A stretch of DNA of 59,314 nt from Candidatus Bathyarchaeota archaeon (GCA_016783485.1 JADHWM010000003.1:1-59314); one strand, 5' to 3'. Positions 7,950 through 18,296 are shown, numbered from the stretch's first letter. A program made the numbers and translations. The notes: a model not told the origin generated them from the sequence alone.

Positions 7950-8464
7950 GCCTCGAGCTCTCCCTCGATCTCCTCGATCTTTCCCTCGAGGAAATCAATG
8001 TAAACCTCATTATCCACCGGCTTAAGGGGCTCCCCGCAAACCGGACAATTAAACACCATATCCATGGCCTCCTCGAAAGTGATCCGGGGGCACTCCCCCG
8101 ACCCACAACGATAGAACTCGTGATCCAGCTCATGCCTCAGCCTCGTCTTCAGCTTCCTCAGGATCTTACCCTTCATCCCCGTAATGAAAGCCTCGATCAA
8201 CTCCTGCTGGAGCCTCCACTGAAAAATGAACCAACCAGTATCTTTATCCCTGAACCGCCTAGACGTCACCAGGCTGTGATTATAGAACCGGTAAAGGATC
8301 TTCCTAACCTCGTTTATCTGTATCTCCGTCTGCTCTGCGATCTCCTCCACCGTGATCTCATTCACACTCCTGATCGCATCTATTATCATGACCCCCTCCT
8401 CCCCCCCGAGGATCAACGCGATCTGGTCCACGGTCTCATCGCTGACATTACTATACAAGCTCAT
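7946..8464 (-). CDS. tfe: Transcription initiation factor E (TFE)
   Basis: Winged helix (NEVRKILY, RDKDTGWFIFQW) plus zinc ribbon (C..C, FEEAM...FNCPVCG). Confidence 0.95.
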   Translation of the reverse strand: MSLYSNVSDETVDQIALILGGEEGVMIIDAIRSVNEITVEEIAEQTEIQINEVRKILYRFYNHSLVTSRRFRDKDTGWFIFQWRLQQELIEAFITGMKGKILRKLKTRLRHELDHEFYRCGSGECPRITFEEAMDMVFNCPVCGEPLKPVDNEVYIDFLEGKIEEIEGELEA

Positions 8465-8512
8465 GACTCTTCCCGGATTCCACTATAATAGCCACATCGC
8501 CGGACTTAAAGC

Positions 8513-9034
8513 TTAAACCCCGGCCTCGACCCGCTTCCCCCTGGCCTGGGGGACCACCCTCTTCCTCGCCCCCTGGAACGAAATCCCCGGCTCCTTCCCC
8601 TCCCGGAGCTCGTGGAGGAACACCGCCAATGCGCTCACCTCCGAATGGGGCTGAGAAGTCACGCCCACATTCCAATCCACCATACCAAATATCTCCCCCG
8701 GCACTTTCGCGCCCCCAACGACCACAAGGAGATCCGAACCCTCCCCCCTGATCTCGGGGATCACCTCCTGAACCGGGAGCCCATACATGGTGAGATGAAC
8801 GACCCGCCCTCTCCACCCAGAGATCACGCTCCTCCACCTCTCGGAGAACTCGAAAGTGAAAGGCCCCCCCCACTCCGAGACAACCCTACCGATCGACTCC
8901 TCTAGGCCCGGGTCCCTATCCCCCGTATAGGTGGCTCCCGAGGCCCCGAAAGCCCGAGCCGCCAAGACCACGTGGGTGCTCAGCCGCTTATCCCTGGAGG
9001 GGCGATGCCCGAGGCGGAGGACGTGCACATCCAT
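8513..9034 (-). CDS. trm56: tRNA (cytidine56-2'-O)-methyltransferase
   Basis: VLRLGHRP.RDKR.STH, HLTMYG, VVVGGAKVP and QPHSEV..LAVFL signatures. Confidence 0.95.
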   Translation of the reverse strand: MDVHVLRLGHRPSRDKRLSTHVVLAARAFGASGATYTGDRDPGLEESIGRVVSEWGGPFTFEFSERWRSVISGWRGRVVHLTMYGLPVQEVIPEIRGEGSDLLVVVGGAKVPGEIFGMVDWNVGVTSQPHSEVSALAVFLHELREGKEPGISFQGARKRVVPQARGKRVEAGV

Positions 9035-9129
9035 ACCGTGGGAAAGGAGCCGAGGGACCTAAGCCTTTTCGGTCCCAGCAAGCGACCACACCGTTAAATC
9101 CCTGAAGGACCAAACTCACCGTCGATCCC

Positions 9130-9744
9130 ATGGCCGCGCGAGACGAGGAGATACCGAGCCTCCCACTCCACACCCGGAGGAGAGTCCTCGGCTACCTCGT
9201 GCCCCTCCTCAGCTTCCCCATCCTCATCTGGAAGGCCTACTCCATCTCCCTCATCCTATCCCAACCCAGCCCCCAGCTGGTCGGCCCGGAGCTCCTCAAC
9301 GACCTCATCACTATCTCATTCAGCCTCGTGCTCCTCCTCCTCATCCCCCACCACAGCCCCCTCTACACCAACCGCTGCTGGCTGACCCCCAAAGGCCTCA
9401 AGATCACCCGCACCCTCAAAGGAACCAAGATCCTCCCATACGACACGATAGACCGACTGGAACTCTTCATCCGAGACGAGAGACAGGGGAAACCCTCCAA
9501 GGAAGCCCTCCAATACGCGAGGGACCACGTCAACGATCTCCGGAAAACCGGATTCAAATTCATCGACTACACAAACAACGAGACCAAGATAGCCCTCATC
9601 TACACCGGAGAAAAGATCTACATGATCACCCCCGCCAACCCCAAGGCATTCGCCCAGAAACTAGGGAACCGTATCAGGAAACTCGGCGTCAAGACAGTCA
9701 CCCTCACCCCGAAGGGAACTCGCGTCAAAGAGGGCGCCCCGTGA
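9130..9744 (+). CDS. Hypothetical membrane protein (2 TM helices plus PH-like soluble domain)
   Basis: 204 aa with two hydrophobic helices and a YMITPANP motif. Confidence 0.65.
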   Translation: MAARDEEIPSLPLHTRRRVLGYLVPLLSFPILIWKAYSISLILSQPSPQLVGPELLNDLITISFSLVLLLLIPHHSPLYTNRCWLTPKGLKITRTLKGTKILPYDTIDRLELFIRDERQGKPSKEALQYARDHVNDLRKTGFKFIDYTNNETKIALIYTGEKIYMITPANPKAFAQKLGNRIRKLGVKTVTLTPKGTRVKEGAP

Positions 9745-9793
9745 AGCCTTGGGCCAGCAAAGGATATAGCGCAGAACACAACTCTGCTGAACC

Positions 9794-10480
9794 ATGACAA
9801 CCCCGATAGAATACCCCTTCATCCTGGTCAACCTCAAGACCTACGAGGAAAGCCTGGGACCCAAAGCAGTGGCCCTAGCATCCATCGCGAGGGAGATCTC
9901 CCAGCAGACCGGCGTCTGCATCGCAGTCGCCCCCCAGACCGTCGACCTCAGCCCCGTCATCAAAGCCGTTAAAATCCCCGTCTTCGCCCAGCACATAGAC
10001 CCCGTGGGATACGGCCGCTTCACGGGCCACGTCCTACCGGAGGCCATAGCCGGAGCCGGATGCGTGGGGACGCTGATCAACCACTCGGAGAGACGGCTCC
10101 CCCTGGAGGCCATCGAGGCCACGGTGAAAAGGGCGAAGGAGGCCGGCCTATTCCAGGTGGTCTGCGTCGACTCGGTGGAAACCGGGCGATCCGTCGCCCC
10201 CTACTCCCCCGACGTCATCGCGATAGAGCCCCCTGAGCTCATCGGATCCGGGATACCCGTCTCCAAGGCGAGGCCCGAGGTCGTCTCGGGATCCGTGGAT
10301 GAATGCAGAAAGGTCAACCCCGACGTCAACGTCCTCTGCGGGGCAGGCATCACCAGCGGAGAGGACGTCTCGGCAGCCCTGAGACTCGGCTCCGCCGGGG
10401 TCCTCGTCGCCAGCGGAGTCGTGAAGGCTGCGGACCCCAGGGCGAAGCTCCTGGACCTGGCCCAGGCGATGAGTGAGTAA
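9794..10480 (+). CDS. tpiA: Triosephosphate isomerase (archaeal type)
   Basis: NLKTY, NHSE, IEPPELIG, CGAGI and GVLVASG motifs. Confidence 0.97.
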   Translation: MTTPIEYPFILVNLKTYEESLGPKAVALASIAREISQQTGVCIAVAPQTVDLSPVIKAVKIPVFAQHIDPVGYGRFTGHVLPEAIAGAGCVGTLINHSERRLPLEAIEATVKRAKEAGLFQVVCVDSVETGRSVAPYSPDVIAIEPPELIGSGIPVSKARPEVVSGSVDECRKVNPDVNVLCGAGITSGEDVSAALRLGSAGVLVASGVVKAADPRAKLLDLAQAMSE

Positions 10481-10485
10481 CCCCC

Positions 10486-11847
10486 CTACTTCAGGGATTC
10501 CACTACAGACTCGATGAGCGACTTATGCTCCTCGACGAGGGCCTCAACCCTCTCAGGGCTCCCGGCCTCGGCGTAGATCCTGAAAATGGGCTCCGTCCCG
10601 CTGGGCCTGAACAGCACCCAGCTCTCATCGTCGTAGATCAGCTTCACGCCGTCGATGGTCTCCACCCGCGGCGCATCCACCCTCCCCCGGAGAGCCTCCA
10701 AAACCGCCTCCTTCAGCTCCTCGGGGCACGAGATCCGGTCTTTAAGCTGAGAGTACTGGGGCAGCTCCCCGAAGAGCTGCGAGAGGGGCTTACCCGTCTC
10801 GGCCATGACCTCCATGATCAACGCCAGCGCCATGGAGCCGTCCCGGACCTGGAGATGGGGGCCATACATGATCCCCCCGTTCTCCTCCCCCCCGAAGGGT
10901 ATCCCCTCCTCGACCATCCTCCGTGAGACCACGACGCTCCCCACCCGGGTCCACACCACGCTCCCCCCCGCCCCCGACACCACCTCCTCCAGAGCCCTGG
11001 ACGAGTTCACGGGGGAAGCCACCCGCCCCCCGGGATTCTTCAGGATAAACTCCCTCGCCAAAAGCGCGAAGGAACGGTCCCCCCAGTGAACCTCCCCCCG
11101 CTCATCCACGAATATGGAGCGATCCCCATCCCCATCATAGGCCACGCCTAGATCGGCCCCCGAGGCCCTCACGAGAGCCTGCAACGTCCCAAGATTATCC
11201 GGCCTGGGCTCGGAGACCCGGTTCGGGAAGCTACCGTCCACATCGACATTCACCGTATAGACCTCCCCCGCCAGAGCCCGGGCGATCCCAGGGGCAGATA
11301 ATGCGGCGACGCCGTTACCCGGATCGACTGCGACCTTCAGCCTCGCATCCCGGACTCTCCCGATGTCCACATGGGAGATAACGGCTTCCTGATACGCCTC
11401 GAGGGCCTCAAGCTGATGCACGGTTCCGATCCCATCCCACGGCGAGAGTTCGGGGCCATCCCCGAAAAAGATCTCCTCGATCTCAGCCTCCTGACCCCTG
11501 GAGGCCTCCACCCCATCAGCGGCGATCACCTTCATCCCGTTAAACTCCGGCGGATTATGCGAGGCGGTGATCATGACCCCCGCGTTCAGCCCGTTTCTCC
11601 TCACGGCATGCTGGAGGGCCGGAGTGGGCAGCATCCCGGTGTCGTGTACGCTGCACCCGACGGAGAGGAGACCGCACACGGCGGCGTCCCGGAACATGGG
11701 GCTCGTGATCCTCCCATCCCTCCCGACGGCGACGCTCCCCCCGAAATATGCGCCGATGGAGGCGGCGAGCCTCGTGACCAGCTCCACCGTCAGCTCCCTG
11801 TTAGCGACTCCCCGGACCCCGTTCGTGCCGAAGAGGCGCCCCATCAC
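10486..11847 (-). CDS. Phosphohexomutase (phosphoglucosamine mutase/PMM/PGM)
   Basis: FGTNGVRG, TASHNP, DGDGDR, GEENG and RPSGTEP motifs. Confidence 0.95.
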   Translation of the reverse strand: MMGRLFGTNGVRGVANRELTVELVTRLAASIGAYFGGSVAVGRDGRITSPMFRDAAVCGLLSVGCSVHDTGMLPTPALQHAVRRNGLNAGVMITASHNPPEFNGMKVIAADGVEASRGQEAEIEEIFFGDGPELSPWDGIGTVHQLEALEAYQEAVISHVDIGRVRDARLKVAVDPGNGVAALSAPGIARALAGEVYTVNVDVDGSFPNRVSEPRPDNLGTLQALVRASGADLGVAYDGDGDRSIFVDERGEVHWGDRSFALLAREFILKNPGGRVASPVNSSRALEEVVSGAGGSVVWTRVGSVVVSRRMVEEGIPFGGEENGGIMYGPHLQVRDGSMALALIMEVMAETGKPLSQLFGELPQYSQLKDRISCPEELKEAVLEALRGRVDAPRVETIDGVKLIYDDESWVLFRPSGTEPIFRIYAEAGSPERVEALVEEHKSLIESVVESLK

Positions 11848-12935
11848 ATCACCTGGCGGGGCTGGAGAATGCTCTCGCTCACCGTCTTAGAGGGGCAGAT
11901 GGTGACCCCCTCCGTTATCGTGACCCCATCGGTGATGGTGGCATAGTCCCCGATGAGGCTCCCAGACTCCACCTTTACCCACTTCTCGATGCTCGCGTTC
12001 TCCCCGATGATAGCGTTCCTCACCGAGGAGTAATCCCCGATGGACGCCCCAGGGAAGATAATGGAGTTCTCGATCCTGCACCCCTCCCCGACATGGACAT
12101 GGTCGGAGATCGAAGCGTTCGGCCCGATAACAGAATGAGCCCCCACGTTGACACTCGCACCCAAATATGTTGGCTCCAGAATCTTCGCGGTCTCATGGAC
12201 CACGCGATCCTCACCCATATCCTCGCGGGTGAGTCTTTCGAGGATGTGTCGGTTCGCCTCGAGGTACGCTTCGGGGACCCCGACGTCGAGCCAGAGGCCG
12301 TGGACCTCGTAGCCGTAAAGCTTTCCCTGATTTGCGAGGATCGGGAACACCTCTTTTTCCGTGGAGACCTTCCTCCCGTCCGGGATGTAATCCAGAACCT
12401 CCTTATCGAAGACATAGATTCCAGCATTGATGAGGTTGCTCGGGGCTGTCCCAAACTCCGGCTTCTCGACGAACCTCGCGACCCTGCCGTCGCCGTCGAG
12501 CTCGACAGCCCCATACCGGGTTGGGTCTGGCACCCGGACGAGGGCGATGGTTGCTATCCCCCCGTTGGATTTGTGGAACTCCACGAGGCGCCTGTAGTCG
12601 ATGTCCGAAATGATGTCGCCGTTGAGGATCAGGAAAGGCTCGCCGTCTACGAGGTGCTCCTGGGCCTTCTTGATGGGACCCCCTGTTCCTAGGGGCCTCC
12701 CTTCCCGAGAGTAAATGATACCCAGGTCGAACTTCGTTGGGCCAAAATATCTCACCAGCGCCTCAGCCATGTAGTTAACGGCTAGGACGACGGTGTCCAC
12801 CCCCCCCTCGGAGAGGTTCTTCATCGTCCAGTCCAGCATGGCCTGATTGGCCAGCGGGAAAAGCATCTTGGGGCGGGTGCAACTCAGAGGCCTAAGCCTT
12901 GTGCCGAACCCTCCTGCTAAAACGAGGGCCTTCAT
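11844..12935 (-). CDS. NDP-sugar synthase (mannose-1-phosphate guanylyltransferase-like) with left-handed beta-helix C-terminus
   Basis: LAGGFGTRLRPL, FVEKP and hexapeptide repeats. Confidence 0.92.
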   Translation of the reverse strand: MKALVLAGGFGTRLRPLSCTRPKMLFPLANQAMLDWTMKNLSEGGVDTVVLAVNYMAEALVRYFGPTKFDLGIIYSREGRPLGTGGPIKKAQEHLVDGEPFLILNGDIISDIDYRRLVEFHKSNGGIATIALVRVPDPTRYGAVELDGDGRVARFVEKPEFGTAPSNLINAGIYVFDKEVLDYIPDGRKVSTEKEVFPILANQGKLYGYEVHGLWLDVGVPEAYLEANRHILERLTREDMGEDRVVHETAKILEPTYLGASVNVGAHSVIGPNASISDHVHVGEGCRIENSIIFPGASIGDYSSVRNAIIGENASIEKWVKVESGSLIGDYATITDGVTITEGVTICPSKTVSESILQPRQVM

Positions 12936-12996
12936 CTATAGATCGATTCTATCATGACACGGAACCGTTTATGAACGTTTTGCGGGCTAGTAACGG

Positions 12997-13761
12997 CTAG
13001 CTGCTGTATTTCAGCATCCTGTCGAGCTTCTCGTGCTCGAACCGCTCGTAGCGCTCCAAGGAACCTAGATCGTACCAGAACGCCTTGCTCACATATGCGC
13101 CGACTGGCTTTCCCTTCTCGATGAGGTATGGGACCAAGTCGCCCATGATATCGAAAGAGCCATCATCCTCCCCTTTGTGCATCTCATTCATCTCCTTGAC
13201 GACCGATCCGCTGATCACAAGGATACCGACGCTCACAGGGTCCTCTATTTCCGGCTTCTCGTGGAACCTCTTGATGAATCCGTTCTCAATATCTGCCGTC
13301 CCGACCCTGATGCGGAATCCGCGGGCCAAGGCCACGGTCGCTGCGGCGCCCGATTCGATGTGCTGTGAAACCATCTTCTTCAAGTCGAAGTCTGAGAGAA
13401 TGTCGCCGTAATAGACTAGAAGATAATCGTCGCTGCTGATGATCCCCTGCCTGTACGCGTTCACGATGGCGCCGGCGCTCCCCTTGAAACCGGGCTCGTC
13501 GAGGACGTAGTGGACCTTTACACCGAATCTGCTGCCGTCATCGAAGTAGTTCTGGATCTGCTGGTGCTTGTAGCCCACGAGGAGCACTAGGTCGCGTATC
13601 TCGTGATGGGCGAAGAGACGGACAATGTAGTCGAGGACTGGCTTCTCGTCCTCACCGACGGGGATCATGCATTTCTGGAGGTAGTATGTGAGGGGGCGGA
13701 ACCGTGTCCCTTGGCCCCCGGCCAAGATCACCCCTCGGATCTTGGGCTCACCCATTTTCAT
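12997..13761 (-). CDS. Sugar-phosphate nucleotidyltransferase
   Basis: ILAGGQGTRFRPL, YGDIL, FHEKP and WYDLG motifs; ATG 13761 overlaps the upstream stop. Confidence 0.9.
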   Translation of the reverse strand: MKMGEPKIRGVILAGGQGTRFRPLTYYLQKCMIPVGEDEKPVLDYIVRLFAHHEIRDLVLLVGYKHQQIQNYFDDGSRFGVKVHYVLDEPGFKGSAGAIVNAYRQGIISSDDYLLVYYGDILSDFDLKKMVSQHIESGAAATVALARGFRIRVGTADIENGFIKRFHEKPEIEDPVSVGILVISGSVVKEMNEMHKGEDDGSFDIMGDLVPYLIEKGKPVGAYVSKAFWYDLGSLERYERFEHEKLDRMLKYSS

Positions 13762-13955
13762 CCCTCCCAAGCGGCTGTCATGATCCCGCCGGCGAGGGCG
13801 ACGAGGATGCCGACGGGGGCGAAGATGCCCGGGTCGATGGCTCCCACATCTGCTTGCATCGAGTAGAATGTGATGACGAGCCCGAGGGCCAGCAGCATGA
13901 CTCCGAACACGTTCACAGCGAGCTTCGAGATGGAAAGCCCTTCATCCCCCGACAT
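13758..13955 (-). CDS. Small two-TM membrane protein
   Basis: 65 aa with two hydrophobic helices; ATGA overlap with the downstream gene. Confidence 0.7.
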   Translation of the reverse strand: MSGDEGLSISKLAVNVFGVMLLALGLVITFYSMQADVGAIDPGIFAPVGILVALAGGIMTAAWEG

Positions 13956-14004
13956 AGATCTTTCACCTGTTACATCCCGTAGGCTAATATAAAATTAAGG
14001 CGGA

Positions 14005-15096
14005 TCAGAGGCTCTCCAGCTTCTCCGGGAGATACTCGTCGACGATGTAGGTGAGCCCCAGAGCACTGAAGGCCTCGAGCTCCGCCTTCTTCCCCATCTT
14101 TAGGAAGATGTCGATCTCCCTCTGCCAGAGCTCGTCGACGTATCGGGGATCGTCTTTGATCTCTTTGAGCCTCTTCAGGTCCTGCTCCGTCAGGTTCTCC
14201 GTGGGCAGTTTATACTTCAGGACATCGGTGCCCCAGACTCCTATCCACTTGGCATCGGGGGTGGTGAGTCCCCTGAGGTGAGCTGCGACGGCTGAGCCGG
14301 AGATGATGACCATCGCGATGTGTAATCCCCACGGGTCCCCGTCGGTGAAGATGTAGATGGGGAGCCCCATGTCCTTGTTCAGCCGTCGAATCACCATGCG
14401 GGCGGAGCGGCTGGGGATCCCCTCCGTCTGTATGAGTATGGCGTTATGCTTCTCGTGGACCTTCTCCTCGACGAACCGGGAGAACATGGCGTCCTTCTCG
14501 ATGACGATGACCTTGTCCGCTGTCGTGTCGACTAATTTAGAGCTTGTGAGGCTGCGACCAATGGGCGCCCCATCGGGGTTGTCTGTGAGATTCTTCATCC
14601 GCCCCTCATAAGCGGGTGGGAATGTATACTCGATGTTAAGGTCTCCGAAGATGGCGCCCCTATCCTTGGGGTAGATGTTCATGGACTCCCGGGGCGTGTT
14701 CAGGGCGACCTCGAGGTCGGTGATGGTGTAGTCCGACTCCGTCTGGCCTGTGAACTCGATGTCCCTCTGGCCCCTTGCGGAGTAGTACACCTCCCTGAGG
14801 GTGCTGGTCTTCTTGAGGCGGACGAGCTCCCTGGCGAACCATGCGGTCCATAAGAACTGGGTGAAGGGTCGGATGTTACGGACATTCCTGCTGTGCCGGC
14901 GCACCGTCCTGTCGCCGAGGATGAACTGGCGGAGCTCGTCGTCGTAGTTGATGTTGTCGGAACTCCTGCTCTGCATCATGATCCAGGGGAACTCCCGGTT
15001 CTGGATCTGCTCGTAGATGAGGGAGCCCAGCTGCTTGAGGCTGGTCTCCGTGGCCTCCCTCCGCCGCTCTGTCTCATTTATCACGCTATCCGTCAA
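14005..15096 (-). CDS. top6A: DNA topoisomerase VI subunit A
   Basis: TLREVYY (catalytic Tyr), IEKDA and TOPRIM DGDPWG motifs; adjacent to top6B. Confidence 0.96.
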   Translation of the reverse strand: MTDSVINETERRREATETSLKQLGSLIYEQIQNREFPWIMMQSRSSDNINYDDELRQFILGDRTVRRHSRNVRNIRPFTQFLWTAWFARELVRLKKTSTLREVYYSARGQRDIEFTGQTESDYTITDLEVALNTPRESMNIYPKDRGAIFGDLNIEYTFPPAYEGRMKNLTDNPDGAPIGRSLTSSKLVDTTADKVIVIEKDAMFSRFVEEKVHEKHNAILIQTEGIPSRSARMVIRRLNKDMGLPIYIFTDGDPWGLHIAMVIISGSAVAAHLRGLTTPDAKWIGVWGTDVLKYKLPTENLTEQDLKRLKEIKDDPRYVDELWQREIDIFLKMGKKAELEAFSALGLTYIVDEYLPEKLESL

Positions 15097-16660
15097 TTGT
15101 GGGGACCTCCTTGATTTTCTGCTCCACCTCCGGGATGGCTCTGCTTACTGCGGTGAGGAGGGGCTCGATGTCCGGGAGTATCTCCTTGTCGGACAGCTTC
15201 GTGGAGAACTCTGCTATCTTGGGGAGATATTTGGCGAATATGTCCAGCCTCCGCCGCTCCCTGGCTATCCTGATGCTGCGGGAGATGAATAACCTCAGGC
15301 TCCGGGCCGATGTCCTGATCACGTTGGTGAGCTCCTTCTCCACCTCGGGCTGGTCGGCCATGTACTCCTTCCCGACGGTCTTGTAGGGGATCTTCGTGGA
15401 GCATACATGGACGACGACCACCATGGGGGTGTCGCTGGAGACGTTGTAGGTGTCCCAGTGGATGTTCTTGTTGACGACCTTCCAGACGACCCCGCTCGAC
15501 TCGTCGAAGAGGAGGGGTATTCTATTGGCGAACCTTATGATTGTGGTGCCCGTCTTGAACTGTTTCCTGATGGAGGGCCCCGTGGCGATGGCGGCCTCTA
15601 CGATGAAGGGGAATCCAAGATAGGTGGAGGGTTTCCTTGAGACCACTTTGAGGAAGTCGTGCTCCGTGAGGCCTAGTTCCTTCCTTATACCTTTCTCGAG
15701 GAGCTCCTCTCCTATTGGTGAGAGGCAAGTCGCGTCGGGGCGCTTGAAATCCTTGAACTCCCTTGCAGCCCGGACGAGGGTGACTATATCCTCCGGTTTC
15801 ATAGAGCTGGGCCTCGTCCTGTTCCCAATCTCCGCTGATTTCAGGAAATTATCAGCGGTTTTGGAGCCCACCCCTTGGAAATGCTCCGTCATGAACTCCT
15901 TCATGGACTTCGCCTTGGTGATCGAGACTAGCCTGCGGAAGTTCTCCACGTCGATCCCGTGTGGGTGAGGCTTCACAGCCTGGGGCAGCGGGGGCATCAT
16001 ATCGGTTCCCCTCTCGAAGCGGAACAGCCGCCCCACTGGATCCACGAAGGTCAGGTCGGCGTAAGGGCTCACCATCGCCGTCTGCTTCAGATAATCCAGG
16101 AGGCGGCTCTTGATCCTGCTGTAGTCGCCCTCCATCTGGAGGTGGACCACGGTGCCCCTCCAGCCTTTCTTGTTTCCCAGTACCTTGTGCTTGAGGATCA
16201 TGGGCTCGTTGCGCTCGATGTCGATCATCATTGTGAACTCGTGGATGTCGCCACCGGTGCTCGAGGTGATCGTGACGGGTTGATGGGTCGTGATCTGCCC
16301 GTAGAGGATAGTGATAGTGCCCCCGAGGCCGAAGGTACCCCTCGACTGTTGGAGGGTGTACTTTGAACCATAGAATACCCGGCAGAAAGCTGAGGGGATC
16401 TGGTCCGGTGGTAGGCCAGTGCCATTATCCTCGATCCTCATGATGTATGTGCTCGTGTCCCCCTCGGAGGAAGAAACCTCCGTGAGCCTCAGGAATATGT
16501 CTGGTGGAACCCTCTGTCTCTCGCAGGCGTCCAGCGAGTTCTCGAGGAGTTCCCTAACCGCTGCGTATACTGCTCTGCTAGGGTTGCTGAATCCCGCGAT
16601 TTCCCTGTTCCTGTAGAAAAAGTCCGAGGGGCTAATCGACTGGTAGACTATCTCCGTCAT
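15086..16660 (-). CDS. top6B: DNA topoisomerase VI subunit B
   Basis: GHKL ATPase motifs ELLENSLDA, EDNGTG and SRGTFGLG; RFANRIPLL. Confidence 0.97.
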   Translation of the reverse strand: MTEIVYQSISPSDFFYRNREIAGFSNPSRAVYAAVRELLENSLDACERQRVPPDIFLRLTEVSSSEGDTSTYIMRIEDNGTGLPPDQIPSAFCRVFYGSKYTLQQSRGTFGLGGTITILYGQITTHQPVTITSSTGGDIHEFTMMIDIERNEPMILKHKVLGNKKGWRGTVVHLQMEGDYSRIKSRLLDYLKQTAMVSPYADLTFVDPVGRLFRFERGTDMMPPLPQAVKPHPHGIDVENFRRLVSITKAKSMKEFMTEHFQGVGSKTADNFLKSAEIGNRTRPSSMKPEDIVTLVRAAREFKDFKRPDATCLSPIGEELLEKGIRKELGLTEHDFLKVVSRKPSTYLGFPFIVEAAIATGPSIRKQFKTGTTIIRFANRIPLLFDESSGVVWKVVNKNIHWDTYNVSSDTPMVVVVHVCSTKIPYKTVGKEYMADQPEVEKELTNVIRTSARSLRLFISRSIRIARERRRLDIFAKYLPKIAEFSTKLSDKEILPDIEPLLTAVSRAIPEVEQKIKEVPTIDG

Positions 16661-17250
16661 CTTTTTCTCAAGTCCGCCTTCTGCCCGGGGCTCTCATACC
16701 AGAGTTCGCCCCTATCTTTTTTCATTTTCCTTCGCCACGCGTAGAGGTAGTTCCACACGGTCTTGTGGAATGAGCCCTGGATGAGCTTCATGAGGGCCTC
16801 CCGGGCCGCCTCGAGGCCCTCGGGGTTCCCGATGTAGGCGACAGTACCCCCGTAGACGCTTATCCGGGTCTCCGTGATCTCCTCGATGAGCTCCCGGGAA
16901 CGCCCGTTCTTCCCTATAATTCTGCCCTTCACCCTCGCGATGGCGTTCTTCGAGTCGCCGACGTACTCGCCGAGATCGATGATGTGGAGGTCAAAGTCCT
17001 CCTTGGCCAGGATCTCCGCTCGCTGGGGGCTGAAGCCCCTCCCGATAGCCTTCACGACGTTCCGGACCGTGAAGATGGCTGTGACGTCCCTGTTCCCGGG
17101 GTTGAGGGTGATCTCGACGGATCCCGACTCGCTTTCGACCTCTATGGTGACGCCGAAGTAGCTCTCTATCCTCCTCTTGGCATTCCCCTTGGGACCAATT
17201 AGGGCGCCGACCCGATCCCGGGGGATCTTAAGATAGGTCTTCTGACTCAC
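16657..17250 (-). CDS. KH-domain pre-rRNA processing protein (Dim2/Pno1-like)
   Basis: LIGPKG, KAIGRGF and GRIIGKNG motifs; lies between rio1 and top6B. Confidence 0.92.
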   Translation of the reverse strand: MSQKTYLKIPRDRVGALIGPKGNAKRRIESYFGVTIEVESESGSVEITLNPGNRDVTAIFTVRNVVKAIGRGFSPQRAEILAKEDFDLHIIDLGEYVGDSKNAIARVKGRIIGKNGRSRELIEEITETRISVYGGTVAYIGNPEGLEAAREALMKLIQGSFHKTVWNYLYAWRRKMKKDRGELWYESPGQKADLRKR

Positions 17251-18088
17251 CCTTCACCCACGTCTCCACGTCCTCGGAATCGACGACATCCACTCCGAGC
17301 CGGTTGAAATAAGCGTTTATGTTGGATATATCCCGTTTCAGGAGGGGCCCTGCCAAGGGGTGCTCTATGAGGAGGGCCTGAGAGACGTCGAAGATGACTG
17401 GAGCCTCCTCCCAGACCATGATGTTGTACTCGCTCAGGTCGCCGTGGACCACGCCGGCCTTCGTGTAGAGGAGCCTCGCCTCGTCGAGGGTCTTGAGGTA
17501 GAACGCCTCGGGGTCCTCGGGGTCGATCTCCCTGAGCAGGGGGGCGGGGACACCGTCGTCCCCGATGAAGGACATTACGAGGATGTTCCTGTTGAACGCT
17601 AAGGCCTTGGGGCTGTTTACCCCCGCCTGCTCCGCGAGCTGGAGGTTCTTGAACTCCTTCTGAGTCCAGGTGTAGACTATCCCTCGAGGAGTTTTCCTTA
17701 TCCGTTTGAACCTTCGGTCGCCCTCGATGTACTTGAGCATCCCTCTCCGGAAGTCCGCCGTGGTCGTGTAGTAGATCTTGATGGCCAGCTCCTCGTCTTC
17801 GGGTCCGATGCCCCAGTAGACCCGAGCCTCTTTCCCAGCTTTGATGACTCCTTCGATGTCCTTGATTTTTCCTTGGCGTATGAGCTTGTCGATGCCCTCG
17901 ACGGTGAGGTGGTCGAAGACCTCCTCCATGACATTGTAGTTCTCCTGCCGTTTAGTGAGCATGTGGTCTCTCTCCTCCATGCTCCTCTCGGCTGCCTCGG
18001 CCTTCTTATCCGTGCGCTCTCGATCTGACACTTGTCTATGCCTGCCTGGTCTCCGTCCTCTTCTCGCATTGGTCGTCGAAAGAGACAA
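17228..18088 (-). CDS. rio1: RIO1 serine/threonine kinase (true start possibly GTG 18031)
   Basis: GKEARVY, AIKIY, KEFKNL, HGDLSEYN and IFDVSQ motifs. Confidence 0.93.
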   Translation of the reverse strand: MSLSTTNARRGRRPGRHRQVSDRERTDKKAEAAERSMEERDHMLTKRQENYNVMEEVFDHLTVEGIDKLIRQGKIKDIEGVIKAGKEARVYWGIGPEDEELAIKIYYTTTADFRRGMLKYIEGDRRFKRIRKTPRGIVYTWTQKEFKNLQLAEQAGVNSPKALAFNRNILVMSFIGDDGVPAPLLREIDPEDPEAFYLKTLDEARLLYTKAGVVHGDLSEYNIMVWEEAPVIFDVSQALLIEHPLAGPLLKRDISNINAYFNRLGVDVVDSEDVETWVKGESEDLS

Positions 18089-18296
18089 GGACGATGTCCC
18101 CGAGTTTGCTCACTCGGATTGGTTTACCCCTTGTCCTCCTTTTATCCCTTTATAGAGTGATCCGAATCTTAAAAATCATTTCCATGCCGATTTGGCTCTA
18201 AAACCGATTTTTACCTCAATATCTCTAAAACCGCTCCTAAAATCACCTTATTTCCTAGATAAAATGGAAATATTATCATTTTCCGGGGTTCCTTAT

